Source: Azolla caroliniana (taxonomy: Eukaryota; Plantae; Polypodiophyta). Taken from it: a stretch of DNA of 64,000 nt. The translations under genes were made by a program, and so were the position numbers. Where the stretch lies: assembly GCA_043228905.1 (NCBI GenBank), contig JBHGNT010000001.1, positions 3,720,001 through 3,784,000 of the forward strand. The letters run 5' to 3'. The notes beneath the pieces were generated by a model. The model had not been told where the DNA came from and did no database searches. It saw only the letters and a list, made by a program, of their open reading frames with translations. Positions 27,101 to 39,434 of this stretch are shown here, one piece after another (positions within the stretch are counted from its first letter, which is position 1; each line of letters starts with the position of its first letter).

Positions 27101-30100
27101 TTTTGAAAAAGTATTCTTCATCAAAAATCATTGATGATCCTCATGCAATACCTCCTGGATGTACTTTCACACAAAGCATTATGAACGGTGAGATTTAAAG
27201 TTTATCTGTAGGGGTTTCTATCGAAGGTCACAGTTATCATGGTCAAATGATATTTCATTTGCATTAGGCATAAATGTGCTATGTGGAGTTGGAATCTTGA
27301 GTACTCCTTACGCTTTGAAACAAGGGGGATGGATCAGTCTGGGAGTCTTGTTTTTTCTTGCCATTGCCTCTTGGTACACTGGATGTCTTCTCAGAAATTG
27401 TCTGGATAAGCAGCCTGGTCTTAATACATATCCGGATATAGGCCAAGCTGCATTCGGAATCACTGGCCGGATCATTATCTCTGTGAGCATCAATAACAAT
27501 CTGAATATGTTGGAGGTTCCATACGTTGTGTGGTCTATGCTGATATAAACTGTAATGTGACAGGTTGCTTTGTATATGGAGATGTATGTAAGTATTACTC
27601 AATGTGATCAATGAATGCTTGTTCTACGACGTTAAATAGATGGTTCAATTGTAATCAAATATTAAGGAATGAAGTGTAGACTGTTGCAGGCTGGTTGCGT
27701 GGAGTATCTGATTTTGGAAGGTGACAACTTATCTGCACTGTTTCCAAACGCTTGTCTAACTATCTGTGGTTTAAAATTCACTGCTGCAGAGGTTTTCATG
27801 ATAATAACGGCCATATCTGTCTTGCCAACAGTGTGGCTTCGTGATCTCAGATTACTGGCGTATATCGCAGGTAAAGAACTGGGAGAAATCTCATCTCATC
27901 TTTTCCTTGGATTGCATAATATGTATTATACATAGTTGTTTCCAATAACCATACAACTACGAGATTCTCTAATTTATTTTTGAGCTTTGCTTCAACCGTT
28001 AAAGGAAGTTCTCGATGTCCTTGCACAATTTACATGACTTCCTTATGTATACATGGAATAAAAATGCGATGGTTCTCCCATAAGAGAACAATTCAGATTT
28101 GTTCACATATATGTTAAATATCTATATGTGAAATACTATACAATGAAAACAAGTGTGAGTATATTCATGGATGTCTGAACCTGCTCATTTAAGCACGAAT
28201 TCTTTTGTCGTTTGATGTATGCAGCTGGAGGTGTTACAGCGACAGTTATTCTAGTTGTTTGTGTTTTCTGGATTGGAACAGTTGATAAGTTGGGGTTTAA
28301 TAGGAGTGGGCCCTTGACAAACTTCTCAACACTTCCCGTATCAATAGGCTTGTTTGGGTTCTGCTTTTCTGGGCATTCCCTGTTCCCAAATATTTACAGA
28401 TCTTTAAATAAACCGGACCAATTTAATGGAGTTTTGACAGTGAGGCAAGCCATTTAGATTTGATCAAATTGTCTTTCATTTTTTTAACTGAAATGCTACA
28501 ATTTCCGTTTCCATAAATATCAAGAGAGTTCTGTTTGTCTTTCATTTTTTTAACTGAAATGCTACAATTTGCCTTTCCATGTATTTCAATAGAGTTCTGA
28601 GATCATGCTAACCTTTTTATTTTTTACATTTCAGCTTCCTTGGTTGCACCCTGATGTATAGTGGAATAGCCATTATGGGTTTTACTATGTTTGGGGATGA
28701 TACGCAATCTCAGATAACACTAAATTTGCCAAATCAATTCGTGGCTTCAAAAATTGCATTATGGTCAACGGTGAGACATGTGCTTTTGATTCACTAAGAA
28801 CATATTATGGCGATTCCTCTAATATGTGAATAATTGTCTGCAGGTTGTGAATCCTTTTACCAAATATCCTTTCTAAATGTAAAATCAAAAATTTGAAAAT
28901 TTTCTACTCTTTGATTGATCTACTTATGGGTCTTTATGCATGCTAGAATGGGACTTTGTGCTATGATTCTCCATTTGAATATGTAAAGATAAGCTAACAG
29001 TTTCAGAGTAGTATATTCCTCTATATAGATGTTTAATTAAAGGTCCTAAAATGCAGATAGGCCATTCTCTACGTTCCTTTTGAAGGATGAGCTAATTAAA
29101 GGTAACATTGCAAAGATCCGCCAGATGTACAGAATAAATGGCTAGCTTTGTATATAGTGGATGTGCTTTTGGCCTGTACTTTTTTGAAAAACAATACCAT
29201 CCTTTGTTTATGCTATCAAGTCACGTAAGACTATATATTGTCAACTTCTGTCCAGAGAATCATCTGTAGTCTGAGATCATATTGCATCAATGTTATAGCC
29301 CATTGCAGTTTCATGCTAAAGGCTATGTGCACCCTTCAAACTCGTGCCAAAATGCATGTTTTGGCATGTGATCATGCAATCTACTTACAGTACCAGTCAG
29401 GTATCCATATCATGATCGTATATCCATTTCAAATACATTGTCACACAGCCCAATCATAGACATTCTCTTTCTATTGTCATTGGATGACACATGAATAGCT
29501 CCCAGATTAGTCAGCCATGTATTATTTTTTCATGTGCATTCTACTTCTAATCTGTCTCAATAGAGGTCGATATTGGTTAGCCTACACTCCTGGTTTTGTA
29601 ACCTTTCTTGATAATTACTGTGCTGTAATAATTTGAAAAGTGTGTACAATGTTGCAGTAAACTAGAATGTTTTAGAATTTCCTTCCTAGAAACTCCAGGA
29701 TTTTCAAAACATTTCTTTGCTCTTTTTGGATGTCTCTTTGACTCCCTAGGATGAGATTTTCTAGTTGATACAATTCAAGAGAGCTCCATCTTCACACGCG
29801 TCTGTGTAATAATGAATGGCCAAAAAAACACCCATATCTCATGGGCACACACTCACCACTAGACTTAGGCTAGTAGGGGCTATTTAATTCTTACGAAGTG
29901 GAAAGAAGACTCAATCTTTTGAACCTTATTTACAAGGGCATATAGGGAGAATGTCTGAGTTCGCTTAGCAGATTACAGTGGGCAGGTATCTCTGGCAGCC
30001 ACAACATTAGTCTTAGTTTCAACTTTCAGATGTCTTTATATAGGCCAATATAGCCTTCTTATCTATCTCTCTCTGCCTCATTGAACTTATGGTCATGTAG

Positions 30101-31860
30101 TTCTCTTGCTTTCCCTGCTGATATTTGGGTGAGTTGGGAAAGTGCCACCAGAGTGGTAGCTTTTCTTTCAGTTTCTTTTGTCGTGCAGAGATGCATCTTT
30201 GTGAAGAGAATACTGAAGATGTGGTTAGCTAAATGACATGTAAGATGTTTCGTTAATATTGTTTGGAAAATTTTCCAATTGCAAGTTTGTTGTAACTAAG
30301 GTTATTGCTTTAATGTAAATTTATTCTTAGCTCCTTGACTTTCAAATATGGTTCACATATGCAATAACAATGGCTCCAGTTGCTATGGGTTTTGAGGAGT
30401 TGTTTCTCTCTTCAATATACACCTACAAAGGCTATTCTTACTCCCTCTTGATACGCACTCTACTTGTGCTGTCCACTCTCTTTGTGGCAATTAGTGTACC
30501 GTTCTTTGGTAAGCATTCATTCTTTAAGTAGTTTGTGAATTGTTATATTTTATATTTCGGGATTTTATTTGTTGATTTTTAATAATATTTTCTTGATTTT
30601 CTCATAGATAATTTTGTACCTCAATAAACACAGGAAAATCTATTCGTTTGTCTGGAAAACTTTTTAGTATTGAAATGGTGTTCAATGTTATAGTCTCAAA
30701 TAGTATAAGTAATATTTACCAAGTAGTTTCTATGGCATGCTGGAGTAAGCCTTTGCCAAAATTGCAAAAGACATGGAAGATTATGATTGTACCACTTGCC
30801 AGCTACATTAGCTAATTTTTATCTTCAACATCTGTCCCATGACTTCCTCACAGCATTAGACGCCTGCCTGGAGAATATAAAAAAGGCTACACCCAGGAGA
30901 TAGGTGCTTTACAAAGACTTATACATGCAGCAAAGATTCGTGCTCCTTTCCTAGCACATTTATTTAAGAAGTTTGGTCTGGAGGGTTTGCCGAAAAATTT
31001 GAGCATGAATACCATCATCTGTAAATCCGGATACCCTGTGTGGTTCCAGGGAAACCACAAGGAACTAAATCACTGTCATAATAGGTTAGATGAGAATCTT
31101 GCATTGCCAGAAAAGAAGGATATTTGAGTTTGGATAAGGAGGGTGCAAGATTTAGAAGTGTTTGAATGTTTCTGGCTTCTATTTGCATGATGAGGGAGAC
31201 TATGGTCATTTACAGATTCATGTGGATATGGCCATAGATACTTAAGCTTTATATACTTGGATGCTGTAACTTGAGAATATGCTGGGATTCATGAAATCAC
31301 CGGTATACTATACCAATGTGGTCTAGAACTCGTCAACCTTTGATTGATATAGGGTAGAGACACCTGAGAATCTTGTGATTTCTCAGATGTGTTCCTGGCA
31401 GTTGATAGAGGAATATGTAGTATCCTCGTTTTAGTGTAGGGGGATCTGCTCAGAGAAGAGTATCCTCTACGATCTAGGATGTGAGCAGGGTGGATGGGTA
31501 ACTAGAAAAGTCATTATATGGAGAATATCCATGACTCTTTGGGAAATTTCATCATTCTGCAATGATAGCACGATTATATAGTCAGCAATCTTAGGGTAGA
31601 ATTCTGCATTTCAGTTTGGTTGGTGATTTCATCTTCTTTTTACCAAATAACTAGGACATAGATGCAAGTGTAAATTCGGATTGTCTCATAGATCAATTCT
31701 TCTTCTGCCTGTCATCACATATACTTGCAGCAGAAGAAAAACCGGTCATTCTTCAATCTGTATATCACATGATAATAATGAATAAGAACCTTTTATTACC
31801 GTTGTGTTTTGCAGCTTACTTAATGGCACTGGCTGGTTCAGTTTTGAGCATGCTTCTGGT

Positions 31861-31902
<42 letters not shown>

Positions 31903-32077
31903 GTCATATTTGACCTCCAAAGACGATATTTGACCTCCAAAGACGATAATAGAATCTATCTATTTATCTATCGCTGCGCCACAGAGGACAAAAACGCTCC
32001 TCCCTTCTTCTTCTTCTTCTTCTTCATCATCTTCTTCCTGTTTGCTTGTTTCCCGCACTCTTCTTTATTCATTAATT

Positions 32078-32115
<38 letters not shown>

Positions 32116-32516
32116 AATTTACATCCCTTAGGTTTCAGGAAACGTTACACCTGAAAAATTTGCAACTGCTGAGATTTATCTTTCTAACTTATCATTAATT
32201 ATGACTGCAGTGTTTGATATTTCCATCAGCTTGCTTTTTGAAGCTTGTGGGGATTGGAAGCAAAAGTAGTTATGCCAGATTACAGGTATGTCATTTGTTT
32301 TCTCTTTTGCATATCCTCAATGAATCAGAGTTTAGACAACATACGACAAACCCAAAACTTTTACTTTAAAATTTATAATCGTTATCAACATTAATTCTAT
32401 CATTATCAATGCAGATAGTTGCATGTGTGGCCATCATAATAACTGGAGTTCTTTGTTCTGTTGCTGGAACATATTCATCCTTGCTTGGAATTGTTGATAG
32501 TTGGGGTGGCAAGTAG
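24111..32516 (+). CDS. AVT1: Vacuolar amino acid transporter, AVT1 family (Aa_trans)
   Basis: Exons 24111-24421, 26910-27187, 27268-27482, 27564-27587, 27690-27870, 28225-28444, 28635-28770, 28844-28863, 30357-30508, 31815-31858, 32211-32285, 32415-32516. Motifs include WPQTYRQAMDIY, NGINVLCGVGILSTPYA, TYPDIGQAAFG, GFCFSGHSLFPNIY and VNPFTKYAITM. Confidence 0.93.
25346..25822. repeat. Tandem duplication, 2 x ~248 bp, in the AVT1 first coding intron
   Basis: aggataatgtagagttctc...ccgtaggat...gctaagctcttagataac.gataatcatgaagtaaaacaaa...ttgtaggcttaaa.ataatacacaaaactta occurs at ~25346 and ~25594. Confidence 0.9.
28864..30356 (+). other. U12-type (minor spliceosome) AT-AC intron in AVT1
   Basis: 5' end ATATCCTTT at 28864, branch TCCTTGAC at 30332-30339, 3' end CAC at 30354-30356. 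Splicing restores VVNPFTK-YAITMAP. Confidence 0.92.
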
Positions 32517-34331
32517 CTAGAGGTTATGCCTGTAGCAGCAGATTGTGTGCAGCACGCCTGAAGCATGATCATTTTGTAAGAGCTAAAGTGGAACTTAACT
32601 ACTGAACTGTTGGCTACCATGAAATGATACCCAGCCTCCTTAGGTTTACCAAGTGGCCTTCTTCATGTGACAAGAATCTTTTCATTCGAATGTTTCCTTC
32701 TGGTATTCAAAAGATTAATTGCTTGATTAACATTCAGCTTCATTATAGGTTAACGTTGTTAGAAAATTTCTATGATATGTTCCAAGGAATATTCCTTTGA
32801 GGCGATTTTTCTTGTTGGATGGATTCACTTTACTTTTATATGATTGTAGTACTTGAACAATTCCAGGAGTTCATCCATTTTAGACCAAGGGAGAGCATCT
32901 ATACTTGATGTTTAACTTTTATTGGTTTATTATGTGGCAAGGGTTTAAGAGGAGAAAAGAAGAGTTGCCTAATTTACTGATTGGATATTTTGACTATTAT
33001 GTGCCTTGCACAATTGCCAATATTGGTTGTATGACATAGATTGATTTAGTATGAATCAATTCGGTAGCGAAAGAGTTGTTATGCTAGCATGTATGTTTTT
33101 CAATCAACCAACAAAACACTTTGTTTTGTTTGCTTTTATGTATTGTGTTTGTCTATGTAGTGTTGTTGGATGATATGCATGTCAATGTGTAATGAATCAT
33201 CTTCCATGTTCATGATTCAGTTATGTGCTCACATGGATTATTTGTTCATGTGATTGTGTAGTTTAAGTTTTGTTTCCCATGGAATATGGTTCCCCAAATT
33301 TAAACGCAATGGATTGCTCTACATGAAATTCTCTATGAGTTCTTTTTATATATTTCAAAAGTTCTATTTTGTTGTATTTAACCAGGAGATTTGGAGTGAA
33401 ATGCATTTTATGCCAACTAAAACTAGGTGAAAGGCAATAGTACTAGAACATTAATAGGTTTTAATTTAATGACATTGTTATGGGATAAAGCAAGTGGATT
33501 GAGTAGGCACATTCAACACTAGAAAATGCTATGGTAAAAAAATAAGGATGAAGTTAGGTCTTCATAACATGTTGGGACAACTTCATACAATGTTTATGTC
33601 CCTTTGTTCGCATTAATGAAGGTTTGTTTTTTGAATTACCTAATAAATCCTCTATTGCAATTAGATGATTGTTTTTTGCTAGATTAAGCGCCCAACAGAT
33701 TTAGCCCTAAGTTGACGATCTTGTTTAGTGAACCTTGTCTTACATTCATATATTTCAAAGCTTGGACGCTCACTATTGAATCTTAAAGCTAATGGTGTAT
33801 ACCATTGTGCATCATAAACGAGAGACAAAGCAAGAGTTTGTATCTTTTATAGGTATCTCATGTCTTGACTTTCATTATGTGGGAATTGAATGCCTCAACT
33901 ATGGATTGCAAGGGAGGTTGTTTAGAGGGATATATGCTTGTGGATTTAGAAAACGTTAGGGAGGTTGGCTCTAATATTAGGTTACAACTTACAAAGATTA
34001 GGCATATGTTGTTTCTTCATGGCATAGGCAAGGGAAGAGAGAGAGAGAGAGAAAGAGAAGTAGTGATTGATGATAGAGAAGGATGTAGGCTACGAACACA
34101 CTTGAGGGTGTTGGAAACTCTCCCTTTGTTAAATGGCAAGGAACAAGACTTGGAAATCGCTTGGCCAATCCCATTAGTGCCTCCATTGAGGAGGGCCATG
34201 CATTGGGCACAGATTTGTAAATGTGAGAGAAAGTAAGGGCCACTTTTATACAGATTGATAACATCGACGGTACCACACATATTTCCTTCTCCATCACACA
34301 AGCAATAAAGAATCTTCTAGAGGGAGCAGCT

Positions 34332-37300
34332 ATGGCTGTGGCTATGGCGCAATCTCCTATCTCTACCTTCTTTGCAGGAAGCTGTTCTTCTTCTGCTGCG
34401 TCCTTCTCACGAGTTTCGAGAAGGTTCGCTTCAGTAGATCTCGTCATCATCAGGACAGATCATCATCACCACTATCATCATCGTCGTTGTCTTGGTCGTA
34501 GTCACCAACAATATGGAAACAAGCGTATTGTATGTTCTTCTAATGATTCAGATTATGTGGAAACCGAGGAAATATCTAAGGGTTCGAAATCAGTATCCGA
34601 TTTCATCAGGTTTTGTGATAATGGAGAAGAAGGATTCCATCTCCAAACTGCGACAATAACTTATCGCAAGCCTTTCCCTTTCTCTTTAATACAACCAAAT
34701 ATACAGGCATGGATGCTGACCTAGCTTAATCTTGTATATCAGGAAGAGAAATGTATGGCATAAGTACTGACTTAGTCTTTTATATCATTACTACTATGAA
34801 CATTTATTTGGGGTTGAATTAACTTTACGAGAATGAGCAGAAGAAGAGGAAAGTGAAATGTATTGTATAGATTCCAACTCTAATCGTTTATCATTATTCG
34901 ACTGAAATTTTCCATATCGGAGGTGATCAATATAAGGAAACATGAAACAAAGTTTTTCTTTTCAAGACTCCGCTGCTCTAAGTGCAAGCACTTAATGTGG
35001 AAGAATTACCTTCTCTATATAGATGCCCAAGATTCATAGTGCCTTTGGATACCCAAAAAACTCGTTTTGATCCTAGCCAATGATTTGTTTCTGTTATTGC
35101 ATAAATTATTCTCATGCTAGATTATACTAATTTCCCTTTAGAATATTCCTTCTAATAAGTCATTCAAGGATTTTTTAGTAACAGCATCCTTGGTGCAAAA
35201 GGTTCTGTATAAGTTTGAAAACAATGTATAAGGAACATGATTGTGAGACTGTGGAAGGCAGTCATCCCAATTGGGTTTGATCCTTTTGTAAAGTAAAACA
35301 GAGTCTAGAAATTCTAACTTGGTTGAGATGATGCCTTCCTATGTGATTGATCATGAGCTATATTTTAAGACCTTAACATTCAGCCCTATTCGATTTACTG
35401 ATCTATGAGGATTATTTTATTTTATTACTGTTTAAATCACTAGATGTTTCATATGTTTCAGATACTGAGTCAAGTTCACTCTTTCTGTAGGTTGATCTTG
35501 TCTCAGCAGTTCATATAGCAGATAAATCGTAAGTTCCCTATTTCACTGATGTTTGCTTTGTAAGTTTCCTCACATGGCTTTCCTCAATTAGAGGCCAAAA
35601 GTTTCCTAGGAGATATCTTATTATTCCAAATATGGGAGGGAGAGTTCAGGATACATCCATTTGAATCTTATAGGATTTCTGAAAATTATATCTAAATCAA
35701 TTAGATGCCAAAATTTTCCTAGGAGATATCTTATTATTCCAAATATGGGAGGGAGAGTTCAGGATACATCCATTTGAATCTTATAGGATTTCTGGTAAAA
35801 TATAATTGTACTTCAACTAGATAACTTAACCATGAGATAGAGAGAGAAAGAGAGGTTAGAACTAATGATTTTCATACATCAGTTATTTTACAGACTTACA
35901 AGAGGAACTTGCAGCATATGATAGAGTTTTGTATGAGATGGTAGCAGATAAGAATCCAAGGCAAACCAACAGGAATTCAAGGACCCGATTTAGGCCTCCA
36001 CGAAGGTTGCCAGGAGGTCGTAGTCGAAACTTCAGTTTTTTTGCGGCTATTCAACGTACAATAGCATACCTTTTGAAGCTTGATTTTCAATTAGAGTGCA
36101 TGGATTATAGAAAGGAAAACTGGTATCATGCAGATCTTGATTATAAGACATTCTCTTCATTACAGGTAAGCATATTAAATAGAGTTTTGCGATAGGTCTA
36201 GATTAAAAAAAACTCTGGCATACCCTTTCATTTTTCCTTATGTGAAATGCCCCTACGTTTTATTATTCCCCAAAATGTCCATGATCAAACCATGTACCAA
36301 GTTCTGGGTTCTGTGTCCATATAATTAATCAAGTAGCATAGGGGATTGTTCATGAAGTCGTTACCAAGGCATCTGGATAACTAATGAAAACTTAAGGGCA
36401 TTTTCGGAAATAAAGATACCCTGGGGTATTTCAGAGTTTTCCATCAAATTAATATATGCATATGAATTCTTAGCATCTTGAATGATTAATCCATACAGCG
36501 TGCCCGAGGAGAAAGCCTTTTCAGTTTTGCTCGAGATATGGCTACGATCTCCTTACAAACCATTGCACGTGCCAGTATGGTACCAGGAAATGTGGATCCC
36601 TGGAGGGCCAAATTGCTATGGGCTTCTAAAGCTCTTCCTATGCCATTGGTTGGGCTTTTTTTGATTGAGAGTGTATGTGCTCCTCCCGAAGCTCCTTTGA
36701 ATAGGTCTCCAGAGATTAAAGCATTATTGGATCTAGATTTGTCAGGTGCAATCAAGGTTGTCTTGGCCAAACAGCTGGCAACAGAGTATGACATATTGTT
36801 TACCCTTCATCTTGTTTTCCTATTGAGTATGATGTCATTATTTTACTCAATGTTTTTCTGGTTTGCATTGTGTTGATGCACTGATACCTGTATAATGTTC
36901 ACATTATGAATGTGTTTGTATGTTATGAGGTTATTTTAGCCAGGTAAATTTCTGCAGAGTATGCATATGGTTTATCAGCATTGTCTTATGAAGTTGTTAT
37001 GCTCTTCATTTTCTTGCTTGATGGTTTTCCTGGTGGTTCATACATTATATAATGGCCAAAGTGAATTGCATGCATTGTAGGGCTGTAAAAGTATTGTTTG
37101 TAGGTGTAGGTTTCCTAACAGTAATATATTGTATTGCTAAAATAAGCATTTTGAATGTTCTGTTTGTTTCATTTTTTTTTCCTGCCAGTTTTACCGAAGG
37201 TGTTGCATCCATGGTTAAAAAATCTGTTATTATTGGAGAACGGAACAAAGCAGCGATGGATGAATTGGATGCAGCACTGCGTGAAGGATGTAAGAGAATT

Positions 37301-37636
37301 GCTATATTTTATGGTGGTGGACATATGCCAGATTTGGACACTCGTTTACAACAGCAATTTGGCCTTGTTGCAACTGATGTTCAGTGGCAGACTGCGTGGT
37401 CTATTAGAAGCAAGAGACAAGTGAGTGATGGGTTTTTTTCTGATATTCTGAGCTCCCTTGCAAAGATCTCAGGATGGCCCCTGGACAGATACCAGACATC
37501 TGCCTTAACCATATTTTCCTTGGTCTTAGCTATTGATCTATGGTTTTGGGAAGTGTTTCTAGACTTGTTGAACAATTATTGTACTGATTTAATTGTCTTC
37601 GTAACACAATTATTGGACAAGGCCTCCCAACTGTAA
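34332..37636 (+). CDS. Plastid-targeted conserved protein of unknown function, TraB/GumN-like
   Basis: Exons 34332-34706 (GC donor), 35491-35528, 35883-36165, 36499-36785, 37189-37636. It has a Ser/Arg-rich transit-peptide-like N-terminus, motifs VDLVSAVHIAD, YDRVLYEMV, HADLD and IIGERN...IAIFYGGGHMPDL, and a C-terminal hydrophobic segment. Confidence 0.85.
35603..35793. repeat. Near-identical 2 x ~80 bp duplication in intron 2 of the TraB-like gene
   Basis: tttcctaggagatatcttattattccaaatatgggagggagagttcaggatacatccatttgaatcttataggatttctg occurs twice. Confidence 0.92.
36209..36440. mobile_element. MITE-like element with ~55-bp imperfect terminal inverted repeats (Mutator-like) in an intron
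   Basis: Left end aaaactctggcataccct...gaaatgcccctacgtttttatt matches the reverse complement of the right end, aaaactctgaaatacccc...aaaatgcccttaagttttcatt. No clear TSD. Confidence 0.55.
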
Positions 37637-39062
37637 GGGACCATTGGTTCAGAGATCTTGTCAAATTGGCCTGTATATACATATGTATCTTACTTCTCAA
37701 AAGTTCATTGGAAACTAGACACTGAGCTGAATATGTTATATAGGAATTTTTTTGCAGTCTTATTCTATCTAACATCTCTATTGGTGGCAAAATGAGATGT
37801 AGTGAGAAACAAGGCATTGAATTCTTGTCTTATCTTTATAGATCAAGGCACATCAATATAATTAAGGAATTCTGAGGACATGCATTTGTCATATTGCAAT
37901 GTGCATGAACGTTTGGAGCTTTTTCTTTCATATTAATGAAATAAAGAATGTTGTGGATTAAAGAATGCACATGAAACCTGTTTGCAATCGTCAATGAGGT
38001 TTTTGTCAAAGCTGGCTTTCCAAGTTTTTTCAGGAAAATCAAACCTTACATAGGTCATCACATCGTCAATAAACTATTGCTGAGTCTTGGCCATAAAGTA
38101 AATGTTTGTCAATATCTACCTTTCTAGTTGGGATATTATGTTTGTTTAAATATGAATTGAACTCTTTGGTTACGAGGATCTTATGTTTGTGCAAATATGA
38201 ATTGAACTCTTGGGTTACTAGCTAATCAATCTTATGCAGTAGCACTCATTCTTGTTTTGTTATCCAGTCTTTTGTTGGATTAAATAGTATTTGGTAATCA
38301 TTGTTCTAGTGTAGATGATTCTTGAATTTCAGAATTGATTATATTGGTACCAAGATATCACATGATCAAGCTCCGAAGAAGCAAATAGTTGAAAGATGCA
38401 ATTTTCATGATGAAATGTGACCATCTCTTGAAAGATTAATTGTGGAAGCGTTTGAATTTGAATAGATACAAATTCTCTAAAATGTAAATCTCAATGCATA
38501 TAGGCATTTTATTCACTTTAATTATAGTTTTATTGAGGGTGGGTGCAATATTAGTTTTATCAATTGATCGTGATTTAAGTGGTTAATTGTAATATTACTT
38601 GGGCAATGACTTCTGCAAGCCTCAAGCATAGAGGATCAACCCTAATGTCATTGACTTATCACGTATGCTTGCACCACCAACAAGTTGAAGATTTAACATT
38701 GAGCAAGCAAAGGGATGTTGAAAACTGACATCTAAATGTAATAGGTGCACATTTTATCCATTGCACTGACCATCATTTGATTCTCAAGATTACTTATTCA
38801 TAACATTAGCACATTTCATCCATGTAAAAACCATATCAATAATCATTTGCAATTGTAAACCTTGCGTATTTACACCATATCAGGGATCTTTAGAAAACCT
38901 AGAGCTCCTGTTTCATCAATACAAATAATTGGAATTCACCCATATTCGTAATCAAGATTTGTCTTATAGACTGATTTCATCCTCTAGTAAACGTTTATAT
39001 ATCTTTTTTCCATCAATTCAATGGCACTATAGACCATAGTTCTTACCTTTGATTGACAACAT

Positions 39063-39120
<58 letters not shown>

Positions 39121-39434
39121 GCCATTCGCTTGGTGGTTTACACTTTAACATCAAAGTTTAGAGAACCTTGGATCGATCCTCACCATGGGCTAGGCGCCAT
39201 GTCCCATAAATCACAATCAGTCTTCTTGAGATCTAACTATCTATCTATCTTGGAAGCGTATGTAAATGCCCTTGGTCTACACTTTGTTTCTCTTTCCATG
39301 CATACCGAGTTTCTTTTTTTTTTGCAAAAAGACGTGGGGGGGGGGGGGGGGTTTGAACTCGAATCACACCAAGTTTGAAAACGATATACTGAGCGACCCA
39401 GGATACTCTACCAAGAAACCGATGGAATGCAGAG

